A stretch of DNA of 64,000 nucleotides from contig NW_005434624.1 in the NCBI RefSeq assembly GCF_000315625.1, forward strand, positions 53,414 through 117,413, given 5' to 3'. This document shows, piece by piece, positions 1 to 12,697 of the stretch. The position numbers and the translations under genes were made by a program. Origin of the DNA: Guillardia theta CCMP2712. Its lineage: Eukaryota; Protista; Cryptophyta. Under the pieces are notes generated by a model that was not told the DNA's origin, searched no databases, and saw only the letters and a list, made by a program, of their open reading frames with translations. Numbering within the stretch: position 1 is the stretch's first letter; every line of letters begins with the position of its first letter.

Positions 1-2450
1 TCGACCACCGAAGGAAGCATCTCAGAACTCTCCGCTCTTCCCTCCTCCGCCACCATCCTTCCATTCTTCTCCTTCCCACCCGTCGCCGTCTAGAATGAGC
101 ACTCCACATAGCGACGGCTCTCTTGGCCAGACTTTTTCGTCGCTTCAGGGCCTGCAGCATGAGCGTCTTGCGCGACCTCAGAGACGAGAACGAGTGAGAC
201 CAGGCGGTCAGGACAGACTTGGAGAGGCGAAGCCTTCGAGCGACGTCAAACCTCCTGGTGAGAACCTTGTGCTCCTTTCTCGCCAGACAACATGCGTGCA
301 AGGCATGAAACGACGTCTTGTACCTCCTGTTTCTCGAGTTGACTTGCAAGCGAGCAGCAGCCTGATGGGTATCCGCTAGGAGCCTCCATTCCTCCACCAC
401 CTTCGTCATTCTCTGCCTGCTTGTTCGCCTCCACACCTGCTGCATCACGAGCAGCAAGAAGGCTACGGATGCACTACGACTGCATGCCAGCGATCGCCAA
501 GCAAAGAAGGAGCTGACGAGTCGCGTTCGCTCCCAGCGCGTAGAGATCCTCACTTGCCTGACCGTGAGTGACGAGTGAGCTGCCCCGCGCTTCTTCCACC
601 TCTCCATCGCAGCTCTGCTCCTCTCCCTCTTCCTTCGATCGTAAGATCGAGCAACAAGTCGAGCTAGCACTCCTGCTTGACGAGCGCGTAGCATCAAGGC
701 ATGAAGCACTCGTCGCATCTCAATCATCAGCCGCATGGCGTGGACGTAGGTGAGAGACGCCTGTCTCGCTAGAGCAGGATCTTTGTACCAAGCAGGAGGA
801 GCTCCAAACATCAAACCCCCTAGGAGCAATGCAGCGAATGTCTCAGACTTGCGCGGCAAATCTGCCCAACAGAAAGGTGGGACAGCAGTAGCGCGACAAG
901 CGAGAAAGACTTGAAGACGGAGAAAGCTGGAGGGGGAGGAGAGCGAAGGACTTGCTGGTAGACTTGAAGCTTCCACAAGAGCATGACAGTGTTCAAGCGA
1001 TGCCTCGCCTGCTTCCGCTTTGCCTCCTCCACAGCACGATCTGTCAAAATCTTTTCGGACATCAGATGGCAAATGCGATGAAGCAACCATCGACGAAACC
1101 AAAACAACAAGCAAGTGAGGCCAAGGCTCTTGGACAGTCGCGCAGACAACTGGGACCTTCGATGAACTTGTTTCCAGTCTCTTAGGGTTTGGTCGCAGAG
1201 GACGAGGCAGTGTCGCTGAGCGATGCGTCTTTCAAGTATCTTGAGCCGTCGTGAGCAGCACGAGTAGCGCCAACAAGAGAAGCATCTCCTCTTCTGCAAC
1301 GAGTCTCTGATCCTCTCCTCCTCCCGTTCCTTAACTCGCTTCTTCCAACCTCTCATCGTCTTTGCTTGCAGGGCGACATGGCTTGCTAGGCTGCTCTGCC
1401 GATGCTTCTTCTCGCAGAATCGATTCCACGCGCACCAAGCGTGAGCAAGAGACAAACGCGACAGACGCTCGCAGAGCCTCTGCGTGGCCTCTCGTCGGCT
1501 CTGACGGAGCTTGACAGAGATTATCTTGTCCTTCCACTGAAACATCGCCCTGCTGGCGTACAGCGAGGGCAAGACTAGCTCAGCTTTGTGGAGAGCTGAC
1601 ACCACGGGGTAGCGATGAGCTCCGACGTACCCGTTGAAAGCTTCTGCTTCCACCATCTTGATGAGGTTGTGCTGAATATGCAAGGACGTCTGAGGAGGAG
1701 GAAGAACGCGATGCTGCAAGCTCAGAGTGCGGAAGTTCTGGAGGAGAAGCCACTGCGAGCTGAGAAGGTTTCGGATGGATGAATGCTCTGCAATAGCTCG
1801 CCTTAGACGCTGGAGCGACTGATCTGCCTTGTGAAGCACCAGGAGCGTTAGCCTGCCGTCCTTGCTCAGGATCGCTTCCCTCCATGACCTCCAAGTCTCC
1901 TTAGTCCTCGCGTATCGGCGTGCTGAGTGAAAGATCCCCAAGTTCACCAGCAGCACCCACCACCGCCAGACCCGCTTGAGCCCTTGAGCTCCCAGTCTCG
2001 TGCCTTCCCTCTTGTAACATGATCCTTCACTGACTCCTCGATGCTCCTGGATGGCTGAGCACCATGCGGCAAGCACAGCATATGCAGTCTTACGCGAGGC
2101 AAACCACTTGAGACGACTTATCTCTGTCTCGATGAGGACCGTTGAATCCCATCGCTGCTGCCCCTGCACAAGGAAAGACATGACGAAGGCCCGGTCTAGA
2201 CTAAGTTTTCAAGCCGTGAATGCTTCAAGTCCGCAGCAGCATAAGACAAAGTTCTTGCTCCCTACCTCTCGTTCCCGCCCCCCCTGCCCGCAGGCTCCAC
2301 TATCATTGTCCGAGTCTCCCACGCGCTTGTCCCACAAGCGCGTGGGAGACGGGGTGAGGTGTCTCTCCCATGTCTCTCCCACGCGCCGCTCTCAGGCTGG
2401 GCCCATGCTCGGCGCTCAGTCAGGCTTCCAGTCCCATCAAGCTGTGCCAA
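1..2450 (-). CDS. Sfi1-like repeat (centrin-binding) protein, multi-exon; 3' end probably at or beyond the window start
   Basis: ORF 820..2181 has periodic Trp-centred basic helical repeats (AWCAWNRF, MRGWKKRV, CFSCWRYS, LRDWKQVH, WFRRWLLH, VMLLWKLQ), typical of Sfi1 repeats. Further minus-strand exons lie at 246..434 and 2262..2450. Boundaries are approximate. Confidence 0.5.
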
Positions 2451-3057
2451 ACTCTGTCATCTTCCGAACATCACAAAAAAAAAAAAAAATTCGCCGTGTG
2501 ATGCGCGGGGATGCGGTCCCGAGGCTCCCGGAGTCCGGGGCCGGGGAATCCGACGGACTCGATCGGCCCGGTGACCGCTCGGACCGTCGGGCGCCCGGGC
2601 CCGGGGCCCGCGGCGGCCGGGACTGGCGGGCTCTCCCGAATGCCGCGGCTACTGCTAGGGCCTGATTGCCAAGTTGTCCGGGTTTATCATGGGTCCGATC
2701 GGACTGAGGCTTTCGCCGGGTCACGGCCCGGGCCACGGCCCGGCCCGTTGTCGGACTATTCAATTGCCGGGCGGGCTGAGTCCGTCACTATGTCACCGTA
2801 GGCTCGATGGCGTATCACGGTTCAACGGTCAAGGGCAGTTGGTTTCAAGTAAAGCCAGTGACTTGTTGAACCGGCCGCCGGCCGCACAGACTCACCGTCC
2901 CGTGCTGTCAGTGACTCTTTGAATAAGTTTGGGGGACAGCAGCCTAACGGTTCACGGTTCAACGGTTGGCAGGATGGGGCCGGGCTTCAACGGCGACTAG
3001 GCCCTCGGAGTTGGCAAAGGTAAGTTAACTTTAAGTAAACTTGAACTTCGGAACTGG

Positions 3058-3071
3058 TTTAGGGTTTAGGG
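3058..3071 (+). repeat. Short interstitial telomere-like repeat (TTTAGGG)x2
   Basis: ggtttagggtttagggtt inside a GC-rich intergenic block. Confidence 0.4.
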
Positions 3072-4305
3072 TTCTGAAACTACGTAAGTGGCCCGGCGGC
3101 GTCGGCCGGCCGGCCGGCCGGCCCGGGCACTGACGGGCACCCGACTGAGTGTCCCAGTCCGGGTTTAGTCGGCCGGGAAAGTTTCTTTAGGTCGCCGCTG
3201 GGCTGCTCCGACTGTCCCAAGGCAACTCACCCCTTCGTCCTTCTCGAGGGAAATGAGGTGGGTGGTGGGTTGGAAAAAGGGGGGTAGGGGTGGTAGCGAA
3301 ATGCAGGCAAGGCTCAAAGAGCGGGACAGGAAGCCGGTCAAGCACGCGAAGGGGTTGGGGGTAAAAGAAGGGGTGGTATCAGTCAGAAAGGGGGTAGGGG
3401 TATGAACAACTGGCGGGGGTGGGGTGCAGATGTGGCAAAGGACACAGGGGATATGAGGGGTGGGTAGAAGATTCTAGGAATGTGGGGTAGGTGATGAGAA
3501 GGTTCGAAGGGGGCGATGAGGGGTAGGGGTGGGGTAGATGGTATTTCATATCGGCGGAGACCCAAAGCAGAGAAAATGATGGAGACAGAAAGCACGAGAG
3601 AAGACGAAGAGAGCGAGGGGGAGACTGTGAGAGGAAGTGAAGCGATCAATGAGTCAGAGGGAAAGACTGAAGCAATGAGGTGAAGAGAGGAGAACAGTGA
3701 GATGATCAGGTCAAAAGATTAGGAGGATGTGGATGAACAATAGGCAGAGTGAGGATGGAGATCTTGGGAGTTGGAGGAAGGTATGGGAAAAGATAGCAAG
3801 CAGCATGGTATCTGTGGAATTAGGTGTAAGATGAATGACGGGAACGAGAGCACAGCAAGAGGTGAACATCGAAGAGAGAGAGGAAAATGGGTAGATTCTT
3901 TTGAAGAGCACAACAGTGAGTGCGTCAGGATGTAGTGTGGGAGTGAACTACTTCAGATACCAGGTATGATGCAAAAGAGTGTTGTTTCAACCAAAACCAA
4001 GTGTGCGAACTGCTGAGATAAGAGATCAGAGAGTTGTAGAGGACAAAATTTTCTAGAAACTCACGTGGTGGGAGCGCAAAAAAAGTAGGGCGAGAGTCGT
4101 GAAGAACGATAACCAGGGTGTAGATTGGCAGGAGAAGGAGTAAAACAGCTTAGAATGTGTCTTTTTGTTGTCCGATGAAAATTTAGGTGTCAGTAAGGAG
4201 AGCAGATGACTGAAAACCATTCATGGGGAGCACATTCTAATGTATTATGCAATAGTGATTGTTGCGATGCGGAGCGAGTGATGGTTTCGGTCGCAGATAC
4301 CTTGA

Positions 4306-5802
4306 ATGATGCATGAAAGTTGCCACAAACGACAGGTGAGGGCGACGAGAGCTGGTGTGAAGCTGTCATGTGCTGACATGTCCAGGAGCAGGTTACAGAA
4401 GAAGAAGTCTACAGCAGGAGAGCACATTGCACCAAGGGTCTCGGACACAAGATGAGCTTCCAACGCCCACGAGAGTGGACGTCAGTCCCGGAGTACAACG
4501 ATATCATCGATCGGCTTTTTTCTGTGTGGGACAACTCGCCTTCTGCTCAGGAAGACTGGAAATCTGTGAGTAGAATCAAGTTTGATTCGGCTCCCTGGAT
4601 ACCTTGACGCTCTTCTTTCCCTCATCCCCTTGATACCTCGACGCTCTTCTTTCCCTCCCGTTGCACTTCTGACTGGTCATAGGTGAGAGGAGGAGAATCA
4701 CATGTGGTGGACATTCAGCCTGATCTGCATGGGCCGGTCAAGATGGCGAGAGGTCAAGGCTTTATCCGCGCTACCCCGCAAGAAGTCTTCCAGGTCCTCC
4801 TTCACGTGGAGCGACGGCCGGATTGGGATGATCTTTGTGACTACGGGAGCCAAGTAAGAGAAGGCGGAGTAGGGAGGGATGGAAGAAGCTTGGGAGGGAG
4901 GGATGGCAGAAGCTTGGGAGGGAGGGATGGCAGAAGCTTGGGAGGGAGGGACGGGAGAAGCTTGGGAGGGAGGGAGGGATGGCAGAAGCATGGGTCAACT
5001 CACTGAAGCTTGGGTCAACTCACTCACTCTTGCTCAGGTTCGCCAGCTTGGGGACAACGCGGACATTGTTTATCTGTCTTATCAAGGAAAGTTGGGAGTG
5101 TGCGCGAGAGACCTCTGCCTCCTCAGGTGCGGGAGAGGATGCGCAGAAGGGGATGGGGGGATGGGGGGATGGGGTGGGTGGTGAAGGAGTTGGGGAGTTG
5201 GGGAGTGGGCTTGGAGAGAAGTTGCGGTGACTCCACTGGCAGAGGTTGGCTTCAGAACCCTGACGGCAGCGCGATCCTAGTTGCCCATTCGATAGAGTGC
5301 GGGGATGTTCCGAAAGTAGCGGGGAAGGTGAGAGCTGGGCAAGAGAACGAGGATGGGATGGGAGACGAGGAGCAGGGAGTGGGAGAGGGGACATGGGTGT
5401 TGAAGGAAGGGAACACAACTGACTGTGAGCAGGTGAGAGCAGAGTGTCACGACTGCGCGTACATGATCACGCCGATGGAGGACGGATGTTTGTTCTCGTA
5501 TGCCATTCAGCTGGACATGAAGGGATACGTTCCTCTCTTCTTCTCGTGAGTCCCAACATATGTTGGTGTGCCAGTCTGACAGCCGAGCAGGAATCTCATT
5601 CAAACTCAACACCCTCTTATCATCTCCATGCTCAGAAAAAACCTCGAGGTGAGCTTGCTGTCTATCTTGCCCTGGCTCTTGCTTCATCCTCTTCCTTTGT
5701 TTCCTTGGCACTCACATTCAGCTTCAAGGGCGATGGATCGAGGAGCAACCAACTGAACTCTTGAATGTAAATAAAGCAACTGATCTTCGTTGTCGCTTGT
5801 AG
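4306..5802 (+). CDS. START-domain lipid-binding protein, multi-exon
   Basis: Spliced exons read ...MARGQGFIRATPQEVFQVLLHVERRPDWDDLC...VRQLGDNADIVYLSY...ARDLCLLR...SIECGDVPKVAGKVRA...YMITP...YAIQLDMKGYVP, which are classic START motifs (RxxWD, RD, VRA, D.KG.P). Introns are GT-AG. Start codon is uncertain. Confidence 0.85.
4872..4995 (+). repeat. Intronic 24-bp minisatellite (GGAGGGAGGGATGGCAGAAGCTTG)x~5
   Basis: Direct tandem copies visible in the START gene intron. Confidence 0.85.
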
Positions 5803-6034
5803 ATCCCGTCAATTGTATTGGTCTCACATGTCCCCGATTCACATGACAGCTGCCTTGCGATCCGGGTTGGCAAGCGATCAGCATACAAGTAGCAAGAGCT
5901 CTTCTCCCTGAGCATCTCGTGCAGTTTTGCGTATGTAGGACGTCACTGATACAGTCACATCATGTTCCTGAAACTTGACCGCACCCTTGCAGTTCTAGAA
6001 CTGTGTAACAGACAGGCAGGCACAGGAGACGGGA

Positions 6035-6945
6035 TCACTTGCACGTGCCTTCAGTTGAAGAACATCCTAGTTTCTGTCGTACCAGCGATGGACGGACAAC
6101 GTATGCAAGGAGCGCTCTTTCCTCGCTGGCTCGTCCTATCAGGACATCCGTCGGCAGGTCTGCTGGCGCCTGCAGCAACTTGGTTGCTCCATGCGGCGTG
6201 ACAAGATAAGCATGAGAGCCCCAGTCGCTTTTCTTCACGGCCTCTACACACCCCGACAAGAAGAAGGCGGCTGGTCTTTGGATCCACTTCATCTCCTTCC
6301 CGTACACTTCACGTCGCACGTCTTCAAGGCCAGAACTTCCTGCTACATCGGACACGCCCAGCAGCATCAGGTCCCATGGTAGGCAACCAGAGACAGCCGA
6401 GTCGTTGCGGCACATGTCTCTTCCTGAATGGCATTCTCGCACGCTGCCGGACCACCAGGAAGAGAGCACGCGTCCTTCTCTCTCCGTGAACTCAGCATCG
6501 TCCTCCAGCACCAGACAGACCCCTTGCTCATCTCTGCAGCTTCGCCAGATCATCCGAGCCCCCGCCAAGTTGGCGAGTCGACCCCAAGCAGGTCGCCCTC
6601 GACCTCGGAAGAGCTCCTCTCCCAGCTCTCGCTTGATTTCCTGCGGGCTGTCAGCGAGGGACAGCTTCCGGATCTTCACCTCCTCTTGTGAGTAATGGAG
6701 CCCCTTGGTCTTGACAGCGATGGCCGCAGGAAGGAAGCAGAGCTGTTGCAACGTACGGAGGCGGCGCGCTTGAAATGCCTCGAAGCGTTGAGGGGCGTGA
6801 GGATGAAGACGATGGAGAAAGGCAGAGCTGAAAGAGAAGTCGAATGCTGATCAGCAGGCAGACATATTCGACCTGCCGGCTGTTGGTCGTCTGCCAATAC
6901 CAAGAGGCTCGTAATTATGAACACAAGCAGAATCATCTGGAACAA
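6035..6945 (-). CDS. Glycosyltransferase family 25-like protein with N-terminal signal/anchor
   Basis: Hydrophobic N-terminus (MILLVFIITSLLVLA) plus GT25 motifs LVLEDDAEF, WDLMLLG, GSHAYLVTPHGATKLL and LPTDVL. Two ORFs are joined by a ~47-nt GT-AG intron near 6710-6756. Confidence 0.75.
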
Positions 6946-7001
6946 TCAGAACAAGAAAAAGAATGGTGGCGATTGGGAAAATGAAGAAGATTAAAGGAAA
7001 T

Positions 7002-7427
7002 GAGAGGAGAGGAGACGAGATGAGATGAGATGAGATGAGATGAGATGAGAGGAGAGGAGACGAGACGAGATGAGATGAGATGAGATGAGATGAGAGGAGA
7101 GGAGAGGAGAGGAGAGGAGACGAGAGGAGACGAGATCAGATGAGACGAGATGAGATGAGAGGAGAGGAGAGGAGATGAGATGAGATGAGATGAGAGGAGA
7201 GGAGATGAGATGAGATGAGATGAGATGAGATGAGAGGAGAGGAGAGGAGATGAGATGAGATGAGATGAGAGGAGATGAGATGAGATGAGATGAGACGAGA
7301 TGAGAGGAGATGAGATGAGATGAGATGAGAGGAGAGGAGATGAGATGAGATGAGAGGAGATGAGATGAGATGAGAGGAGAGGAGATGAGACGAGATGAGA
7401 CGAGATGAGACGAGATGAGTTGAGATA
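7002..7427 (+). repeat. Pentanucleotide microsatellite (GAGAT/GAGAG/GAGAC)n
   Basis: About 425 bp of uninterrupted GAGA[T/G/C] units. Confidence 0.95.
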
Positions 7428-7474
7428 GCGGGAGATTTATTCCTGTTTATTGACTGATTTAGGTCACCCGGGGC

Positions 7475-7514
7475 TAGGGGTAGGGGGTAGGGGGTAGGGG
7501 GTAGGGGGTAGGGG
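7475..7514 (+). repeat. (GGGGTA)n hexamer tract, G-quadruplex capable
   Basis: About six tandem GGGGTA units upstream of the parvulin gene. Confidence 0.85.
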
Positions 7515-7959
7515 ACGGGTGAAAGGTTGTGAGGTGTCCGAAACCATACGACGATGACGATGAAGAAGATGATGATGGTGATGATGGCGATGGCAGGTGA
7601 TGGGAGGAGGAGGAGGAGGAGAGGAAGAGAACTATGGTGTGAAGATTGACATGAAGAAGAGGCAAAGGATGACAGGATGAATGAGAGGATGAGGGGGCTA
7701 TCAGAAAGGAAGACACGTCAGGGAGATTCTGGGAGGCGGGAGGGGTGAAGGGAGGGGAAGAATGAGGAAGGGAAACGCGAGTATGGTAGGGAAGGTCAAG
7801 AACGCATGTAGGTCATAAGAATGCGATAAACATGCACGACCTTCAAGATAGGTGACATTCTACTTCGCCTTGGAGCGATATGAAACCATTGAGAGGATTC
7901 GGCTTACAGATAGACGAGAGACGACTTTGAACTTGACGACTTTGATTTCATATAGTGTG

Positions 7960-8474
7960 ATGCTCTACATTGGAATCTTTCAATGTTCTTTCCTCCTGAA
8001 GTATTTGTCAGTCATCTGCCACACTGCCAACGCCATCTCCGCGACCGCCAACCACATCTTGGTCAAGGAGGAGGCCAAATGCCTGGAGCTGAAGAAGAGC
8101 ATCGAGTCGGCTTCGGACGTTCTCAGCAAGGTATCCTTGCTCGCTTGGTCCTCTTCAACTGAACGTCTGTTTGCCTTCAGTTCCAAGAAGTCGCCAAGGA
8201 GCACAGGTGCGCACTATCAAAGTGCAAGCAACCCTCTCACTCCTTGCAGTACCTGCCCTTCTGGCAAGAACGGAGGGTCGCTGGGTGAGTTTGGGCCGGG
8301 TCAGATGGTCAAGGAGTTTAATGATGTTGTTTTCACCACCGGCAAGGTGAGGATCGTCAAGGCCATGCTGGTCGGTGACGGACATGGCAGGTCGGCAAAG
8401 TTGAAGGCCCCGTGCAGACTCAGTTTGGTTATCACTTGATCTTGATCACGAAACGAGGCAACGAAGCCATGTAA
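7960..8474 (+). CDS. ppiC: Parvulin-type (PpiC-like) peptidyl-prolyl cis-trans isomerase
   Basis: After removing introns 8131-8180, 8207-8249 and 8347-8390: ATANHILVKEEAKCLELK...[37 protein letters not shown]...GPVQTQFGYHLILI, matching the rotamase signature. Start is uncertain. Confidence 0.92.
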
Positions 8475-8540
8475 CTTGTCTTATCTTCATCTCCTTTTTC
8501 TTCTCGTAAGGCTTGCTGGAGGTCCTGATAGTAAAAGACT

Positions 8541-11131
8541 CTATTTTACTTGGGCATGAGCTTGCCTCTCCTGTTTGTGTCGCAGACATTCACTAGCTGC
8601 TCGGTAAGATTGGGACGGAGAGCCCTGCACGTCGCGTCAGCTTCTTCTCGTCACCTTGCGCCAAGCTCTTTACCTTCCACTGCGACAGCATGCCTTCCGC
8701 TCCCTCCAAGTCGTTCTGCTTGATCTGACCAACGGTTGTCACAAGCACTCCCTCCCTCCCTCCCTCCCTCCCTCCCTCCCTCCCTCCCTCCCTCTCTTTC
8801 ACTCTGCCTCTCCCTCTCTGATCCCTACCAGGATCAGCGCCATGCTTGCCAGCGTATCTGCGTCAGGTACAACACCGTCCTCCTTCATAGCCTTGAATAC
8901 TTGGTCCGCAGTCGCAAACTGCGAATGCAGCATGGCCATCTCGAGGAGGGCGTTGTTAAGGTAAACTAGGCGTTGCATCAAGAGGGGCTCGTAGAGGTTC
9001 TTGCGGTACTTCTCCAAGAAGAGAGGGTAGAAGGTAGAGAACATCTGCACAGAATCAGAGAAAAAGTCTCTCACCCACCTCCCTCTCGCCGCCCCCACCT
9101 CCCTGCCTCCCTCTCTCCTCCCTGCCTTCCCGCCCCCCCACCATCAGTGTGTGGTTGAAGTCCCTCCGCCCTGCTGAGAGCATCCAGGTCGCGATGGAGC
9201 AGGGCGTCCGCAAGGCCTGCGAGTCTCGTCACGATATAACAAGCGCTGCGTCCTCACTCGCCTCAATGTCTTGAAGCACGCTACACGGGTTTGACAGCAT
9301 GAACGTTTCGGCGGCTTTCAGGCGAAAGGCGTTGATGGAGGCCTTGCGGATGGCGTCAAAGGAGGGGAGGAGGAGTTGTCGATCCATCTCCGAGACCTGA
9401 CGGCCACGTCACTCCTGCCTTTGCCCTCTTGTCCCTCACAAAGAGAAGCGCGTGTTGCGCGTTCCCTGCGCTCATGAGGGAGATGAAGTAGACTTCCCGA
9501 CAGGAGTGCGAGGGCTTGAACCCGTAGGCTCCATACTGCTCCCACATGGCCGTGATCTGTTGCTACCCCGTCAGGCTGGTTGACCGCACGGAGCGACGGA
9601 CAGACATGTAATTTTTTGACGCTGGTGGCGAGCGAGATGAGAAGTTGCTTGAAAAAAGTCTCGTGCATCTGGTGCACCTCCAACCGTCACTCCCAGGCAG
9701 CAACACCAACACCCAGACCTCTTCTGCCTCCCCTTCGCCCTGCCCCTCCACCGAGGGAGGGCTTGACTCCGTCTTGGTCCCGGCTATCACGGAGAGGTAG
9801 ATCTCCCAGACCGGCAGGATCGCGCGAGCATAGCCTGCCGAGATGGCTGTAGCGAGGATGAGCTCCAAGACATCCCGGCGCATAAAGTAGTCGCGGTGAG
9901 GAGTGACGAGTATGACCTTGACGATGAGGTAGAGATAATTCACTGTCAGCTGCTCCACCAGCCCATGTCAACCAGCCGTGACAAGAGGAGATGTGAGGCA
10001 CCTTGGAGTTGAGAATCTTTAGCTTCAACGACGTGCAGTCAAGACCATGCTTTGCCTTGAAGGCATACAGCTCCATGAGCATGTCAAACCTTGGCGAGCG
10101 TCACAACGAGACACCCACGACAATCACTTGGCTCGTCCTCACCTCGAATTGGGGATTGTATTCTCAAGCATTTCGGCAACTTCTGCAGGCAGGGTATTGT
10201 GCTTCTCCATCACCGCCTGATACTGGAGCAGCGGCTCGAGCCGACCGGACTGGGACATTCCTCACTTACAGCAGGCAAGGGATCCACCTACCTTGACGGC
10301 GCAATTGATGAGGGTCTTGAAAGGCAGCCCATCCATGAGCACGTCTCTCTCATGGTAAAGTATGTACTCCAGCCAGAGCCGAGCTGAGTCGAACATCTTC
10401 ATCGCCACCATCATGTTCATCGCCGTGTTGTAGTCCGACTCGATCAGCGGACTCTGGTGAAGGAAGCACTCGCGGCGGAGAATCTCCGACAGAGTCTCTA
10501 TCTGTGCAGGTTTGAAGGATTTGAGCTTGGCCTGACATGCTCACATCATCGCTGGCAAGAAGCGACAAGGAAGAGGCTGACCAGGATGGTGTCTCGTATT
10601 GAGTCAAGGATCACCTCTTGTTGGAAGAGCTGCTGCGCTTCATGCACCGAATCGAGGGATTCAGCTTTGATCGTCACGTCCAACACGTGCCCCTGCCTGC
10701 CTCTCACCCGTCACATGCACTGCCCAGACTACCATGCTTAGCACACCAATCATTGCCGTTGTCCTCTTGCACTTGCTGGAAGACGATCCTGCAGCGAGAC
10801 TAAGAGCATGGAGTACAGGTCAGCACAGCCTTACAAAGCCCCTGTTCTCGCGGTGATCCTCTTCAACCGCCATCCCTTACGCCCACAGAATCTCCCGAGT
10901 GCCTGCACAGTCACGCGGAAGGAGGACTCAGAAGCTTCTCTCTCCTTCGCACGAACTTTGCTGCGCCTTGGCAGCGAATAGGTGGACGGCAAGGAATGCT
11001 GAAGTGAAGCAGAGGCGGTCAAGGGCAGAGGGAAGCAGCCTGTCCAACAGTCACCAAGAAACGGCAATTACATGCGGCGACTCACCTGCTCCACGCAGCA
11101 TCCATGGCAGAACTCTCCTCGCACAGTTCAT
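8541..11131 (-). CDS. Pentatricopeptide-repeat (PPR)-like protein, multi-exon, possibly organelle-targeted
   Basis: PPR-like motifs YLNNALLEMAMLHSQFATADQVFKAMKEDGVVPDADTLASM and WEQYGAYGFKPSHSCREVYFISL. Many short GT-AG introns. Arg/Ser-rich N-terminus (MNCARRVLPWMLRG). Ends are approximate. Confidence 0.6.
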
Positions 11132-11571
11132 GATGGCTCAATACATACACGTGCCTAGCAAGCGATGAGCCATGAAAGAGCAGCAAGAGAGAACGAGAAA
11201 GTCTCTAAGGACGAAAGAAAAGATTCAACTGGATGAGGCCTACATCACTTGATCCAAAATGCACGAGCCAGTGATGCAGGACGAGGTGGATGAGGGTCAG
11301 TGAGCGAATACAACGAGAGGCAGCACGATGATTATGTCGAATGACAGTGAACATATGAAACAAATCATTTCATATCTTCTCATCATCTGCCATGGGCTAC
11401 GCTTCGTTTTGTTCCTTGGCCCCGCTCTGGTTTCTCTCTCAACCTCGGCCCCCACACCGAAAGTCTTCTACCAAGCTGTGGACCGCTTGCCACTCCCCTC
11501 AGCAACCATAGTATTCTTCGCCTTAATCTCGCCTTCACACTATGAATCCTTTCCCCTTCCTCAATAATTAC

Positions 11572-12078
11572 ATAATCAGCATCAACATATCCATCATCAC
11601 CTCAATCAGCAGGAGCAGGAGCAGGAGCAGGAGCACCACTATCACTACCACCACCACCACCGTCAGCATCAGCATCAGCATCAGCACCAGCACTTGTGCC
11701 AGCATCAGCATCAGTATCAGCACCAGCATCAGCACCAGCATCATCATCAGCATCGTCGTCGTCGTCGTCCTCATCATCATCATCTTCTTCTTCTTCATCA
11801 TCATCTTCTTCGTCGTCACCACCATCTTCATTTTCACCACCACCATCCTTCCCCCCCCCCCCCTCATCTTCCTCTTCCTCCTCCTCCTCCCCATCATCAT
11901 CCTCCTCCTCCCCATCCTCCTCATCATCATCATCCTCCTCCTCCCCATCCTCCTCCTCCTCCTCCTCCTCATCATCATCCCCATCCTCCTCATCATCATC
12001 CTCATCATCATCATCATCATCCCCATCCTCCTCATCATCATCCTCATCATCATCATCATCATCATCATCCTCCTCATC
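11572..12078. repeat. Compound trinucleotide/hexanucleotide low-complexity tract (CAT, CAC, CCT, CAGCAT)
   Basis: Visible microsatellite; gives spurious ORFs in several frames. Confidence 0.9.
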
Positions 12079-12697
12079 GAGGTGTCTTCGCTACTTCGTG
12101 GCATTGCGGCTTATTGTCAGCGGCATGCGAGTTCTCTCTAGCACACAAATCTAGAATCCGAGTGGTCTAGAACAGAATCTAGAACAGAATCTAGAACAGA
12201 ATTGAGTGACTCGGTGTCACATGTCCGAGCCCGGCCCGGAACTTGAGCCTCAGTTCACTTCCGACTCAGAGCGGCCCCGATGGGCCCGGTGGCAGTTATC
12301 GAAGGTAACGGATAGCGGGTAGGCCCTCTCATTGAGGTGCAGTTGTACACAACTGAGGTGGAGGACGAGGAGAGCCGCTTGAAGGAGGAGGAGGAAGAGG
12401 AGCCGCTGAGCCTTGGAGGAGGAGGAGCCTTGAAGGAGGAGGAGCCTTGCCCAGTGCCACCGAGGAGGAGGTGGCGCAGGAGGAAGAGGAGCCTGGGAGG
12501 AGGAGGTGGAGCAGGGCGGAGAGAATAATCGCTTAAAGAAGCAAGCTTGTAGGGAGGAGATGATGTCGGGAGAGATTTCGGAGACAGATTGGCAGAGACG
12601 ATTCACGAGAGGGAGGAGGAGCCGTCAAGACTAGGCAGACCCGGCCTCCGCTGCTCTTGGGCTGCTTGTTCGTATCCTTGGCTCCCAGGCCTCTGCC

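Noticed and set aside
3058-3071. Telomere or chromosome-fusion site
   Set aside because: Only two TTTAGGG units, with genes on both sides; insufficient evidence
11542-12170. Several 150-200 aa ORFs (poly-I/L, poly-H/P, poly-S, poly-M/R)
   Set aside because: Translations of a trinucleotide microsatellite that is open in most frames; no coding signal
12145-12203. (AGAATCTAGAAC)x3 as a heat-shock element
   Set aside because: Does not form proper alternating nGAAn/nTTCn units; treated as a short tandem repeat
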